Source of the DNA: a virus
Lineage: Duplodnaviria; Caudoviricetes
Virus record (IMG/VR): IMGVR_UViG_3300042868_006771
Span: 1 to 54,113 of that record
Length of the DNA: 54,113 nt
Reading direction: 5' to 3' (one strand)
Part shown: piece by piece, positions 28,957-39,105 of the stretch
Layout: each line of letters starts with the position of its first letter
How positions within the stretch are numbered: position 1 is the first letter of the stretch
Notes under the pieces: generated by a model
The model's database searches: none
Told to the model about the DNA's origin: nothing
The model's input: the letters and a program-made list of their open reading frames with translations, nothing else
Made by a program: the position numbers and the translations under genes

Positions 28957-30110
28957 TGGCTGACTCAATTGCAACGCCACTACAACTGTGGGCCGGCGTG
29001 GGCATGTACTCAGGCAATGTTATTACGGCCAACACACAACTGGCCAACAATGTGGCTGCTTACAATGCCTTAACACCCATAGCCAGTTTGATCTACACCA
29101 TTGGACAAGCGTCCGGCAATGTCAGTCTTAACATCAGTGCTGGTACGTTGGCCAGCCTCAAAGCAATTGGTGCAAGTGTATCAGGTAGTTATTGTCCAGC
29201 CCTGGGCGACAGTGTGCCCAGCAATGTTTCATGGACTGTGGGCAATGCTGGTTATGCCTCTAGCATAACCACAGCAGCCAGTACCTATCTAGGCGGCGGT
29301 GACTTTGGAAAATTTGCAATGGCTTTTGGTGCGGCACAAGGTTATATCAGTCTTACCAATGGTATCATCAACAGTGCAGTCAATGTCAACAGCGATGATT
29401 TCCTTGGTCCTACTTACTCTGGTATGGACAACTTGATATCTGGTGACTTAGGCAAAGTTAACTTGGCCTTTCCGGCGTTTGGTGCCGATCTGGCCAACAT
29501 TGGTGGTGCTGTAAAATTTGCACGAGCGGATCAAATTGGAACACCAGCCAGTTTGCTGCAAAATCTTGCCGAGGCTGGCAACATGATCAATGGATCTACA
29601 CCGTGTGTGACCACGGCATTGCAAGCACAAGGACTGTCAGATCGAAACATTGCCGATCTTGTGAACAACAATGTGCAAAGTTTGTTCAACCCCAATGGAC
29701 TAACTGCAAATCAATTTGATGTACTGCAAAAAGCAGCCTACCCAGCCTTGGTCAATGTCACTGGTGATTGTTTGACCGAAGTGTTGGAAATTTTGGATTG
29801 TAGCACACCCAACATTGTGACCATGGCAGATCTGCTGAATCCTGTAAAACTGTACCCCACAAGTTTTAGCAGTTTGACATTGCCCACCCCTGATGGGCCT
29901 GTGTTGATCTACAATACCGATGGCAGTGTCAACAGTGCGATTGAACCCATATTGAATTCTGGCACAGTGAGTCCCAAGGGCTGTGATGATTTGGCCAAGA
30001 TAGTTCCGCCAGCACAGGCACAGGCCAACCGCGCACTGCAAATTGCCTATCAACAGGTCAAAGGCATAGGTGGCACTACCACACAACAACTAGCGGCGAT
30101 ACTACAATGA
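28956..30110 (+). CDS. putative structural protein
   Basis: A/G/N/S-rich, coupled to the PAAR gene. Confidence 0.6.
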   Translation: MADSIATPLQLWAGVGMYSGNVITANTQLANNVAAYNALTPIASLIYTIGQASGNVSLNISAGTLASLKAIGASVSGSYCPALGDSVPSNVSWTVGNAGYASSITTAASTYLGGGDFGKFAMAFGAAQGYISLTNGIINSAVNVNSDDFLGPTYSGMDNLISGDLGKVNLAFPAFGADLANIGGAVKFARADQIGTPASLLQNLAEAGNMINGSTPCVTTALQAQGLSDRNIADLVNNNVQSLFNPNGLTANQFDVLQKAAYPALVNVTGDCLTEVLEILDCSTPNIVTMADLLNPVKLYPTSFSSLTLPTPDGPVLIYNTDGSVNSAIEPILNSGTVSPKGCDDLAKIVPPAQAQANRALQIAYQQVKGIGGTTTQQLAAILQ

Positions 30111-30964
30111 CCACACTCACACAAACAGCGGCCGAAACAGCAGCTTATACAAAGAAGTTGAGCACACTCAAGGGACTTGATCTAATCAATGGACCGTCAA
30201 CAACACCTGTACCGGCAGCAGTGCCTACATTTTATTTTAATTATTTGGCCAAAGGATCAGGTCCCAATGGCACGTATCTGACCACAGACTTTTTTGGCTC
30301 AACAATTGGATTCCCTTACAATGAGTATTTGCCCACAGTGACTTCGACCATTTCTGCTCAATTCACTGCTGGAAATCTCAGCGCACTCAGCACCATATAC
30401 TCACAAATGGTCAGCCTGGTCACAAGTGTGTTTGGTGTGCCGCCTACTATCACAATACCCAGTGGACCGGCTGCAGGAGTGTATGCCACATATGATGATG
30501 CCTTGGCTGCCTTGGTCACAGCAGCCAATGCAGCCGTTGGTGCAGCCATCACTGCCATGGGTGCCACAACCACTGCCAGTTTGAACACTGCATGGTACAC
30601 TATGACCTCGCACAGCGCCAACGAAGCAGCATTTCAAGCCAAAGCCAGCATCAACTATGCCACAATGACTGCTGGTGCTGAATTGCCTATCACTGCTTTT
30701 ATTCCTTCCTTGGCCGGTTATGGTCAAGAAACACAAACAGGTATGGCAGCACAGTTCTTGGAAAGCGTTGCCAACACTGCCAATCAGTATGGTCAGGCCA
30801 TGGTGGGTGCGCTACGCGAGGGACGCAACACCGCAGGTATCAATGCAGTGAACTTGAAAATTGACAATGCAGTGCCCAGTTTGCCCAATGCTGTGCCACC
30901 ACAGGCCACGCTGAGTAGCAGTGAATACACACCCGCAGAAGCCCGAGCACAAGTGCAAACCTAA
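30107..30964 (+). CDS. putative structural protein
   Basis: A/T-rich amino-acid composition, coupled. Confidence 0.6.
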   Translation: MTTLTQTAAETAAYTKKLSTLKGLDLINGPSTTPVPAAVPTFYFNYLAKGSGPNGTYLTTDFFGSTIGFPYNEYLPTVTSTISAQFTAGNLSALSTIYSQMVSLVTSVFGVPPTITIPSGPAAGVYATYDDALAALVTAANAAVGAAITAMGATTTASLNTAWYTMTSHSANEAAFQAKASINYATMTAGAELPITAFIPSLAGYGQETQTGMAAQFLESVANTANQYGQAMVGALREGRNTAGINAVNLKIDNAVPSLPNAVPPQATLSSSEYTPAEARAQVQT

Positions 30965-30985
30965 AAAGTAATACTTTTTTGCTAC

Positions 30986-31014
30986 TTGACCAATAATTCC
31001 CAATTTGCTATAAT
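30986..31014 (+). promoter_or_regulatory. early sigma70 promoter (repeat module 1)
   Basis: TTGACC-aataattcccaatttgc-TATAAT. Confidence 0.85.
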
Positions 31015-31044
31015 ATTGACATAGAGTAGCAAAAAGGAGCCAAG

Positions 31045-31317
31045 ATGACTGCACTAGTTGAATACACATTGGAACTGTACAAATCTGACAAACGTGTCAA
31101 AGGCGGTAAGCGTCTTGTTGCAAAAGAAGAATTTGCTCCTGTAACCAGAGCCTATATCCGGGCTGTGATTGAATCCAAAACTAAATTGGGTTTTATTGTG
31201 GAACCCCATGAGACTTGGGTTACCAAACGCAACATGATGACTGGTAAGACATACCAGGAACGTTATGACACACCGTACTTCTGCTCGCCCAGCTCAGAAT
31301 CATTCTGGGCAATGTAA
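31045..31317 (+). CDS. early hypothetical protein
   Basis: RBS AAGGAG. Confidence 0.8.
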   Translation: MTALVEYTLELYKSDKRVKGGKRLVAKEEFAPVTRAYIRAVIESKTKLGFIVEPHETWVTKRNMMTGKTYQERYDTPYFCSPSSESFWAM

Positions 31318-31371
31318 TACTTGAGTATTACAATTTTGGCGGTTGACCAATAATTGCCAAAATGCTATAAT
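31313..31371 (+). promoter_or_regulatory. early sigma70 promoter (repeat module 2) with upstream palindrome
   Basis: TGTAATACT-tg-AGTATTACA then TTGACC-aataattgccaaaatgc-TATAAT. Confidence 0.85.
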
Positions 31372-31401
31372 ATGGACATATTGTAACAAAAGGAGCCTGA
31401 A

Positions 31402-31683
31402 ATGACATACGCAACAATCCAAGAAGTTAACACTTCGATCATGTTTAGCAATTTCTCAAACGAACAGCTGGACTCAATTACCAGTGCTGTACAGTATGCT
31501 CGTGCTCAACTTCGTGCAGTAAAAATTCGTGAGTTTACCAAAGGTGACACAGTGAAGTTTCACAGCACCAAACGTGGTGTCACAGTAAAGGGCACAGTCA
31601 CAAAGGTTGCCATCAAGTATGTCACAGTCAAAGACGGTGCCACACTGTGGAAAGTTCCTGCCAACATGTTGGAGGCCGCATAA
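31402..31683 (+). CDS. early hypothetical protein (SH3/KOW-like C-terminus)
   Basis: RBS AAGGAG; GD.V.F...G.V.KV...V.V...WKVP. Confidence 0.75.
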   Translation: MTYATIQEVNTSIMFSNFSNEQLDSITSAVQYARAQLRAVKIREFTKGDTVKFHSTKRGVTVKGTVTKVAIKYVTVKDGATLWKVPANMLEAA

Positions 31684-31901
31684 TGAATGAATGGATTTTA
31701 CTTGTGGCCTTTATCAGCCCCGGCGGCAACTTCATGGACAAAGTGCCTGTGACCATGCCCACCAAAATTGCATGCGAACGAGCAATCAAAACACTGCCCA
31801 AAAAAGGTGAGCACCCAATGGGTGTACAGTACCAAGGCGTGTGTGTCACACAGGCACACTGGAATGGCACTGAGCCAATGAAAAATGTACCACTTGATTA
31901 A
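31683..31901 (+). CDS. small two-Cys protein
   Basis: MNEWILLVAF...C...C. Confidence 0.6.
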   Translation: MNEWILLVAFISPGGNFMDKVPVTMPTKIACERAIKTLPKKGEHPMGVQYQGVCVTQAHWNGTEPMKNVPLD

Positions 31902-31912
31902 CGGAGAAAAAC

Positions 31913-32338
31913 ATGGGACTTGACATGTACGCATACGTGGCTGCTCGAGCAGGCCAGCAAGATGAATTTTACGAAGGTGCCGAGTATGATGCAGACGCTG
32001 GCGAATTTGTAAACCCCAATGTCAATCGGCCACGCCAAATTTGTTACTGGCGCAAACATCCCAACCTGCATGGCTGGATGGCTCGTTTGTGGTTGACACG
32101 GGAAGGTAATCAACTACGTGAAGCAGACAACTTCAATGGCATTGAACTAGAGCTCACCGCCGAGGACTTGGATGAACTAGAAGCAGTAGTAAAAGCACGT
32201 GAACTTCCGGCAACGTCAGGATTCTTTTTTGGTAGTGACGCCGACACACACTATTACAACGATGACTTGAAATTTATCCAAGAAGCCCGTGCAGAAATGT
32301 TCTTGGGTTTGAAAGTATTCTATAACTCATCATGGTAA
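31913..32338 (+). CDS. conserved-type phage hypothetical protein
   Basis: MGLDMY...YWRKHP.LHGWM...GFFFG...YNSSW. Confidence 0.8.
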   Translation: MGLDMYAYVAARAGQQDEFYEGAEYDADAGEFVNPNVNRPRQICYWRKHPNLHGWMARLWLTREGNQLREADNFNGIELELTAEDLDELEAVVKARELPATSGFFFGSDADTHYYNDDLKFIQEARAEMFLGLKVFYNSSW

Positions 32339-32350
32339 CACTGTAAATAT

Positions 32351-33739
32351 ATGAATGACATTGACTTCTCACACAAACAATTCAACGGTATCACTGTGGC
32401 AGCCGATTGGATAAGGGACCTTGAAGCATCTGACAGTCGCTTGCACAAAGAACGAGTGATTGAAAAAGCCTTGATGGCCTCAAAGTTGGGCAGTGCCAAC
32501 GCTCAGTGTTTTTTGTTCAACTGCTACCAAGCATACAATCCTTACTATACATTCCATGTGAAACAAGTGCCCGAGAGCGAAGGCATTGAACATGCTGAAA
32601 ATCCCTGGCCTGTGTTCTGGGGCTTGCTGGAAGGCCTGCGCACACGATCATTCTCTGGACATCGCGCTAGAGATGCTATCCTGGAAACAATGAAACGTTT
32701 TGATAGCCTAGAGTGGAACAATCTTTGTAGACGTGTTATTACCAAAGACCTGCGATGCGGCATTTCAGAGAAAACACTTAACAAGGTGTTGGGCAAGACA
32801 GAGTGGAAAATTCCTGTGTTTACTTGCCAACTGGCACAAGACAGCACAGACCAGCCCAAGAAGTTAAAAGGCATCAAACGCCTGGAGTGCAAACTGGACG
32901 GTGTGCGTGTGTTGGCAGTGATTGAAGATGGCGATGTCACACTGTACAGCCGCAATGGCAAGGTGTTTGAAAATTTTCCTGAAATTGAAGAGGCCATCAA
33001 GCAACACAGCACCAAGTTCATGCTGGGCGACGGCGGCGGTCACAGGGTGCATCAACGTGTAGTGCTGGATGGCGAGATTGTGGGCGAGAGTTTTCAGAAG
33101 TTGATGAAGCAAGCACATCGCAAAAGCAATGCAGTGACCACAGGCATGACCTATCATATCTTTGACATGTTGCCCTTGGCTGCATTCCAAGAAGGTCACT
33201 TCAACGCACAACAACACAAACGAATCGAGTCCTTGGAACGTGCTCGAGTGAAACTGCCCGAAGATGGTCCTATCCAGATCATGAACGGCCTGGATGTGGA
33301 CTTGGACACAGCCGAAGGACATGACATCATGCAACGCTATGCCGAAGCTGCCGTGGAAGGTGGTTTTGAAGGCATCATGATCAAAAGCATGGACGCCCCG
33401 TACCTGTGCAAACGCACCGATTACTGGATGAAATGGAAACCCACAATCACAGTTGATTTGAAAATTGTGGGTTTCGAACAAGGTACTGGTCGCAATGCTG
33501 ACCGGTTGGGTGCTATAATATGTGAAGGAGATGACAATGGAAGACATATCTGTGTTAATGTTGGTAGTGGCCTGTCTGATGGCGACAGGAATGAGTATTG
33601 GCGTAGCCGGGATCTTCTTCTTGGTCATTTGGTTGAGATCCAGGCTGATGCAGTTACGCAAAACCAAGACGGATCATACAGCCTGAGATTCCCAAGGTTT
33701 TTGCGTTTTAGAGATTTTGAAGCAGGAGAAAAAATATGA
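32351..33739 (+). CDS. ATP-dependent DNA ligase
   Basis: KLDGVR, SRNGK, LDGEI, FD, EGIMIK, KWK, SLRFPRF. Confidence 0.95.
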   Translation: MNDIDFSHKQFNGITVAADWIRDLEASDSRLHKERVIEKALMASKLGSANAQCFLFNCYQAYNPYYTFHVKQVPESEGIEHAENPWPVFWGLLEGLRTRSFSGHRARDAILETMKRFDSLEWNNLCRRVITKDLRCGISEKTLNKVLGKTEWKIPVFTCQLAQDSTDQPKKLKGIKRLECKLDGVRVLAVIEDGDVTLYSRNGKVFENFPEIEEAIKQHSTKFMLGDGGGHRVHQRVVLDGEIVGESFQKLMKQAHRKSNAVTTGMTYHIFDMLPLAAFQEGHFNAQQHKRIESLERARVKLPEDGPIQIMNGLDVDLDTAEGHDIMQRYAEAAVEGGFEGIMIKSMDAPYLCKRTDYWMKWKPTITVDLKIVGFEQGTGRNADRLGAIICEGDDNGRHICVNVGSGLSDGDRNEYWRSRDLLLGHLVEIQADAVTQNQDGSYSLRFPRFLRFRDFEAGEKI

Positions 33740-33897
33740 TATTATTGTATTTGTTCGTTGGTGCAGTCATGATGTTTGCAGCCGGTGAGTTGTATGCAAA
33801 ATACCGTGTGTCGGGAGATCGCAGAGACTTTTGGTTTGCAGTCACCGGTGTATTGCTTGGTGTGTTTAATTTACTTTGGGTCGCTCAGTTGACATAA
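33736..33897 (+). CDS. 53-aa two-TM membrane protein
   Basis: MILLYLFVGAVMMFAAG...FWFAVTGVLLGVFNLLWV; ATGA overlap with the ligase stop. Confidence 0.6.
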   Translation: MILLYLFVGAVMMFAAGELYAKYRVSGDRRDFWFAVTGVLLGVFNLLWVAQLT

Positions 33898-33901
33898 ATT
33901 G

Positions 33902-34309
33902 ATGAAATATTTTGCTTATGGTATGAACACTAACTTGGATCAAATGGCTGCCCGATGCCCGGGTGCTGTTTGTCTGGGTCCAGCATGGATTGAAGGCTAT
34001 GCTTTAGTATTCCGCCATTTTGCAGACATTGAGCCTGCGATAGAAAACTATTGTGATGGTGTGCTGTGGGAAATCACAGAAGACAACCTGGCGGCTCTGG
34101 ACCAACTGGAAGGCTATCCTTATCACTACACTCGTTTTTCGGTCATGGTGCATACTGACCGTGGATCAGACACTGCGTTGGTGTATCAAATGACTGACCA
34201 ATCCTACGAACAGCCGCCCAGTGGCCACTATTTCCGCATGGTGGCAGAGGGCTATGTGCAAAACAGTGTGCCTACCGATCAACTGGTTGCAAACTTGGAG
34301 TTGTCATGA
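33902..34309 (+). CDS. gamma-glutamylcyclotransferase family protein
   Basis: YFAYGMN, GVLWEI, LDQLEGYP. Confidence 0.85.
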   Translation: MKYFAYGMNTNLDQMAARCPGAVCLGPAWIEGYALVFRHFADIEPAIENYCDGVLWEITEDNLAALDQLEGYPYHYTRFSVMVHTDRGSDTALVYQMTDQSYEQPPSGHYFRMVAEGYVQNSVPTDQLVANLELS

Positions 34310-34578
34310 TTTATCTTGGTTTTAGTATGAGCAATCCTTGGGGTCGGCCCTTTGAGAATCTGTGGAATCGATCTGGGCTGATTACCAACCACAAGGCCTG
34401 GGAAATAGAACTACTGCAAACCCGTCAAGTAATTGGATTCGAATTCCGTTATACTCGACGACAAAGTCATGCTGGGTTGACCGTAGAACTGGCCGTGTTT
34501 GGTCGTAGCATATCATTCCAAATCTACGACACCCGTCATTGGAATCAGGAAACAGGTGCCTGGGAAGTGCATCTATGA
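34306..34578 (+). CDS. hypothetical protein
   Basis: coupled ORF. Confidence 0.65.
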   Translation: MIYLGFSMSNPWGRPFENLWNRSGLITNHKAWEIELLQTRQVIGFEFRYTRRQSHAGLTVELAVFGRSISFQIYDTRHWNQETGAWEVHL

Positions 34579-35042
34579 CCAAGAAAATCTACTACGAAAA
34601 ACGTGGACGTAGGTATTATCCAGTAATGGAACATGACTATGAACTCATGGATGCCATGCCCCGAGGCAATCATTTGATCATGTGTTATCCTGGCGGACGT
34701 AGCACTCGCTACAACATTAATCCTGCACTAGCACCTATGATTGCGGCTGGCCGTGTGGCAGAAGATCGAATCAGTGAGGCTGTGCGTAAGGCCGGCGAAT
34801 GGCGTCCACGCCGTAAAGAACTCACAGTTGAACAACAACAGGCTTGGCAACGCTTGAACAAAGCCATGGGTGATGACGTCTACACCATTGAAATTGCCAG
34901 TGCCAGAGAAGTGGCCGAAGCCGGCTTAAAGGCCATGCAACAGGAAGCAGAACAATTATTAACCAATCCTGCTGTGCGACTGGCCTACGAGCAGTTTCTC
35001 TTTGTGTGTGAATTAACCAAGAAAAACATTGACAACGCCTGA
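34575..35042 (+). CDS. hypothetical protein
   Basis: coupled ORF. Confidence 0.7.
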   Translation: MTKKIYYEKRGRRYYPVMEHDYELMDAMPRGNHLIMCYPGGRSTRYNINPALAPMIAAGRVAEDRISEAVRKAGEWRPRRKELTVEQQQAWQRLNKAMGDDVYTIEIASAREVAEAGLKAMQQEAEQLLTNPAVRLAYEQFLFVCELTKKNIDNA

Positions 35043-35057
35043 TTTGTGCAGTATAAT
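35029..35057 (+). promoter_or_regulatory. consensus sigma70 promoter
   Basis: TTGACA-17nt-TATAAT. Confidence 0.8.
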
Positions 35058-35063
35058 AACTGT

Positions 35064-35224
35064 GCATGACCAGGGAGGTGGGTTGTTTAATGGGCACTGT
35101 AGGAATAGATCTGCAACCGGTCCTGCTGTGCGCCGTGGCATCAGAAACATAAATCCCGTAGGATGAGACACTGGCTAGACCTGGCAACAGGTCAAAACCC
35201 AGGCTGGTACCCTGGGGAGTATGC
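35064..35224 (+). ncRNA. candidate structured ncRNA or leader
   Basis: starts at the predicted TSS; 5'/3' end complementarity; GNRA hairpin. Confidence 0.4.
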
Positions 35225-35255
35225 CTTGTAGATAAAAACAGTGAGAAGGATAGCA

Positions 35256-35573
35256 ATGTCTGTCGAAATTGAAACCTCTGCGTTGAGTATGTTTGAATCC
35301 CTTGACTCTCTTAGAGCAACGCCCTTGGTCATGCACCGTATTCAGATCGAGTTGCGTGATATTGCCACATGGTATGCAGTAATACGTGAACTCAATCAAA
35401 TCGTTGGTGCCAACAACTGGCGAGGCCAAAATCATGTTCGACGACGATTGGAAAACCTGATCTGGGACGACAGCAAGACCATATGGGTTTGGTTTGATGT
35501 GCCTGATCAAAAGATTGCCACATGGTTGGCAGTTAAACTAGCCGTCACAGTCCGTATAACACCCAATAAATAA
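35256..35573 (+). CDS. hypothetical protein
   Basis: RBS AAGGA before the ATG. Confidence 0.65.
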   Translation: MSVEIETSALSMFESLDSLRATPLVMHRIQIELRDIATWYAVIRELNQIVGANNWRGQNHVRRRLENLIWDDSKTIWVWFDVPDQKIATWLAVKLAVTVRITPNK

Positions 35574-35577
35574 ATCT

Positions 35578-37053
35578 ATGTTCCTCAGTTATTTTACATT
35601 GTTTACTGCTCTATCATTGAGCGTGGTCGCAGCCTGGTACAGTATACTGGGACTTACTGCTATTTTTGCTTCAGCAGTGATTCCCATCATAATCATGGGT
35701 GGTATACTAGAAGTGGCCAAGGTCACTGTCACAGTATGGTTGCACGAATACTGGCACCGTTGTAGACTACTGATGAAGTGTTATTTGGTACCGGCAGTGT
35801 GCATGCTCATGGTTATTACATCAATGGGCATCTTTGGCTTTTTGAGCAAAGCACACAGTGATCAAAATTTAATTAGCGGTGATGCACAAAGCAAGATTGC
35901 AATATATGATGAAAAAATCAAAACCCAAAAGGAAAATATTGAAGCAAACCGCAAGGCACTTAAACAGATGGATGAGGGAGTGGACCAGGTATTGGGCCGC
36001 TCAGCAGATGAAAAAGGTGCCGACAAGGCTGTGGCTCTGCGAAGAGCCCAGCAGAAAGAGCGTGTTAGACTTCAAAATGAAATACTTCAGTCGCAGAAGT
36101 CCATTGCAGAACTTAACGATGCCCGTGCGCCTATTGCCGCCGAGGTACGTAAGATCGAAGCAGAGGTTGGGCCAATTAAGTATATTGCGGCGTTCATCTA
36201 CGGTGACAACCCAGATGCCAACTTGTTAGAACGTGCTGTGCGTTGGGTTATCATTATATTGGTTGTGGTGTTTGATCCCTTGGCCATCATGATGGTGTTG
36301 GCATCAACAGAGAGCATGAAGTGGGAACGAGAACGGCGACTTCGCCCTGCTTACGAACCTGATGATGGTCCGCTAACTGATGCACAAGTTGCACAACTGC
36401 GTGAGACAGTCGAACCAGAATTGCCCAAGGGCAAGGTTGTTGAGACCAGCAAGTTGTTTGAGGATCCGCATCCGCCAGGGTGGATGTATGACGAACTGCA
36501 ATCAAATCCTCTCAACGAAGCAGAAGTAGAAGAAGTGATTGCTGAGTTCGACCAGGCACGTCACACCGAACCTGTGGTGTTCACTCCAGAATACTTAGAT
36601 GCATTGGCACAAGATGATGATCATGATGATCACGAGGATCCTAGAATACGAGCGGCCGTTAAACAATGGAAGAGTGAGAATCCTGATCGAACTATCAAAG
36701 AAGAACGTGCCAAACTTGCCCGAGGAAAAATTGACCAACTGCCCTGGATGCAATTGATAGCAGACAATGACCTAGGCAGAGAACCCACGTCAGGATTTGG
36801 TATCAGTTTTCCTGCCAATCCAGTCAAAGGCGACACATTCATGCGTGTGGATTCCATGCCCAACGTGCTGTACAAGTTCAATGGGCATCACTGGATTATT
36901 GTGGACAAAAACTTAACCGATAACTACACATACGACGATGCGTATATCGAGCATTTGATTGCCAAACTCACCAGCGGTGAATACGACCCAGACATGTTGA
37001 GTGACGCAGAAGCTGATGCTATTGCTCGTCGTGTACGACCCATCAACACATGA
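35578..37053 (+). CDS. multi-pass membrane protein with long coiled coil
   Basis: three N-terminal hydrophobic helices, a coiled coil, then a fourth TM (VIIILVVVFDPLAI). Confidence 0.75.
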   Translation: MFLSYFTLFTALSLSVVAAWYSILGLTAIFASAVIPIIIMGGILEVAKVTVTVWLHEYWHRCRLLMKCYLVPAVCMLMVITSMGIFGFLSKAHSDQNLISGDAQSKIAIYDEKIKTQKENIEANRKALKQMDEGVDQVLGRSADEKGADKAVALRRAQQKERVRLQNEILQSQKSIAELNDARAPIAAEVRKIEAEVGPIKYIAAFIYGDNPDANLLERAVRWVIIILVVVFDPLAIMMVLASTESMKWERERRLRPAYEPDDGPLTDAQVAQLRETVEPELPKGKVVETSKLFEDPHPPGWMYDELQSNPLNEAEVEEVIAEFDQARHTEPVVFTPEYLDALAQDDDHDDHEDPRIRAAVKQWKSENPDRTIKEERAKLARGKIDQLPWMQLIADNDLGREPTSGFGISFPANPVKGDTFMRVDSMPNVLYKFNGHHWIIVDKNLTDNYTYDDAYIEHLIAKLTSGEYDPDMLSDAEADAIARRVRPINT

Positions 37054-37907
37054 TCCTAGTAACCGGCGACCGCGGCTTTATCGGCAGCGAACTTAAACAG
37101 TATCTCATCCAGGCAGGACACGATGTACATGGTCTTGACTGGGACACACGTGGACGCACATACACAGCACAAACACCAGTAGAATGGATATTTCACATGG
37201 GTGCCATCAGCGAAACCAATGCTGACAACTGGGCGGATATTGTACGTAAGAACATAAAAGACACACAGGATTGGATAACAACTGCTGAACGGTGGCGATG
37301 TGGTATCACCTATGCGTCTAGTGCCAGTGTGTATGGTCCTTGGTCAAACAGTCCCGAATGGGGTCCAGTACAACCACAGCACATGTATGGTGTCAGCAAG
37401 TTGGCTATTGACAACTGGGTGGCCACGCAGAACTTTACAGTGCCTGTGCAGGGCATGAGATTCTTCAATGTATATGGGTGTAACGAAGGACATAAGGCAC
37501 AGCCCAGTCCTATACGTACATATATGAAACGAGCCATTGCAGGGCAACCACTCACTGTGTGGAATCACAATGGCCGCTTGGGCACAAGAGATTTTGTCAG
37601 CGTAGACGATTGTATCTCGGCTATGATGCAGTTGAAAGCGGCCAAGGTAAGTGGAGTATACAACATTGGCACCGGGCGACAACTTACGTTTGAGGACATT
37701 GCACACAGCGTACAACGCCGGTTTGACAATATACCAGTGGTATCAGAACCCATGCCCGAGCACATGGTAGAGAAATATCAGTGGGAAAGTTGTGCGGATT
37801 TAAATAAACTGCAATCCACAATATCTTGGAATCCACAGTCGGTGGATCAGTGGCTAGACAAAAACTTTGACACCCTTTATAATAAGATCATAAATGAAAA
37901 CACCTGA
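37050..37907 (+). CDS. NAD-dependent epimerase (ADP-heptose 6-epimerase HldD-like)
   Basis: VTGDRGFIGS, FHMGAIS.T, YASSASVYG, YGVSK, RFFNVYG..E.HK. Confidence 0.8.
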   Translation: MILVTGDRGFIGSELKQYLIQAGHDVHGLDWDTRGRTYTAQTPVEWIFHMGAISETNADNWADIVRKNIKDTQDWITTAERWRCGITYASSASVYGPWSNSPEWGPVQPQHMYGVSKLAIDNWVATQNFTVPVQGMRFFNVYGCNEGHKAQPSPIRTYMKRAIAGQPLTVWNHNGRLGTRDFVSVDDCISAMMQLKAAKVSGVYNIGTGRQLTFEDIAHSVQRRFDNIPVVSEPMPEHMVEKYQWESCADLNKLQSTISWNPQSVDQWLDKNFDTLYNKIINENT

Positions 37908-39105
37908 AACCTTAGACAACTGTAGTTTCTGCGGCAAGCACAAAGATAGTGTAGCCAAACTCATAGTAGGCAATGAAGTAAGCATCTGCAATGAGTGTGT
38001 GGACTTGTGTCAGACCTTGCTCAAAGACGAACTGCCTGAAAAATCAAAAGACATCACAAATGACACCTTGGATCCTAGATCCATTAAAGATCATTTGGAT
38101 CAATACGTAATTGGACAAGATCATGCCAAAATGGTGTTGAGCGTGGCCATTGCCAATCACTACAAACGCATAGCCAATGCAGATCCTGACACTGAAATTG
38201 AAAAAGCCAACATTCTCATGCTTGGGCCCACAGGCTCAGGTAAAACATTGTTGGCACGTACTGTGGCACGTTATTTGGATGTGCCATTTGTTATTGCAGA
38301 TGCCACTAGCTTGACCGAAGCAGGATATGTGGGCGACGATGTGGAAAGTTTGATCACAAGACTGTACACAGCCGCTGGTGGTGATGTGGCAAAAACACAG
38401 CGCGGCATTGTGTTCATTGATGAAATTGACAAGATCAGCCGACGTAGCGAGAGTGCCAGTATCACCCGAGATGTGAGTGGAGAGGGCGTACAACAAGCCT
38501 TGCTCAAATTGGTAGAAGGCACCAAGTGCAGAATCACACCACAAGGTGGTCGCAAGCATCCAGCAGGTGAAACTGTGGAAATTGACACCGCCAACATACT
38601 ATTCATTGCCGGTGGTGCGTTTGTGGGCCTGGACAACATTGTAAAGAGCCGTGTGAAAGGTACATCAATTGGATTCTCTGCACAGGTTGTGGCAGACAGC
38701 ACCAGTGTGACCTTGGACAAAACCACACCTGAAGACCTGATCAAGTTTGGCATGATCCCAGAGTTTGTGGGACGTTTCCCCAGTTGGGTTGCACTGGCAG
38801 AACTCAGCAAAGCAGACTTGGTACGCATCTTGCAAGACGTCAAACACAGTTATGTCAGCCAGTATCAATGGATATTCAACCGTGATCAAGTTGAATTAGA
38901 ATTCAGCGCAGACAGCTTGGATTTGATTGCCGAGCGTACTATCGCCAACAAAACTGGTGCCCGTGGCTTGCACAGTGAACTTGAACGTGTGCTGTTGCCA
39001 CACATGTACAATTTAACACGCTATCGCAAAGGCGGAATACAGACTCTAAATATCAACACTGACCTGGTAAATAATCCTGAATCACTTCGGGAAATAAATG
39101 AATAA
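37894..39105 (+). CDS. clpX: ClpX ATPase
   Basis: CSFCGK/CNEC Zn domain, GPTGSGKT, GYVG, RDVSGEGVQ, RKH, IGF loop. Confidence 0.96.
   Translation: MKTPETLDNCSFCGKHKDSVAKLIVGNEVSICNECVDLCQTLLKDELPEKSKDITNDTLDPRSIKDHLDQYVIGQDHAKMVLSVAIANHYKRIANADPDTEIEKANILMLGPTGSGKTLLARTVARYLDVPFVIADATSLTEAGYVGDDVESLITRLYTAAGGDVAKTQRGIVFIDEIDKISRRSESASITRDVSGEGVQQALLKLVEGTKCRITPQGGRKHPAGETVEIDTANILFIAGGAFVGLDNIVKSRVKGTSIGFSAQVVADSTSVTLDKTTPEDLIKFGMIPEFVGRFPSWVALAELSKADLVRILQDVKHSYVSQYQWIFNRDQVELEFSADSLDLIAERTIANKTGARGLHSELERVLLPHMYNLTRYRKGGIQTLNINTDLVNNPESLREINE

Noticed and set aside
35064-35224. tRNA, tmRNA or hammerhead ribozyme
   Set aside because: No cloverleaf/T-loop with CCA end, and no CUGANGA-GAAA core found by eye; no tRNA gene was recognised anywhere in the window
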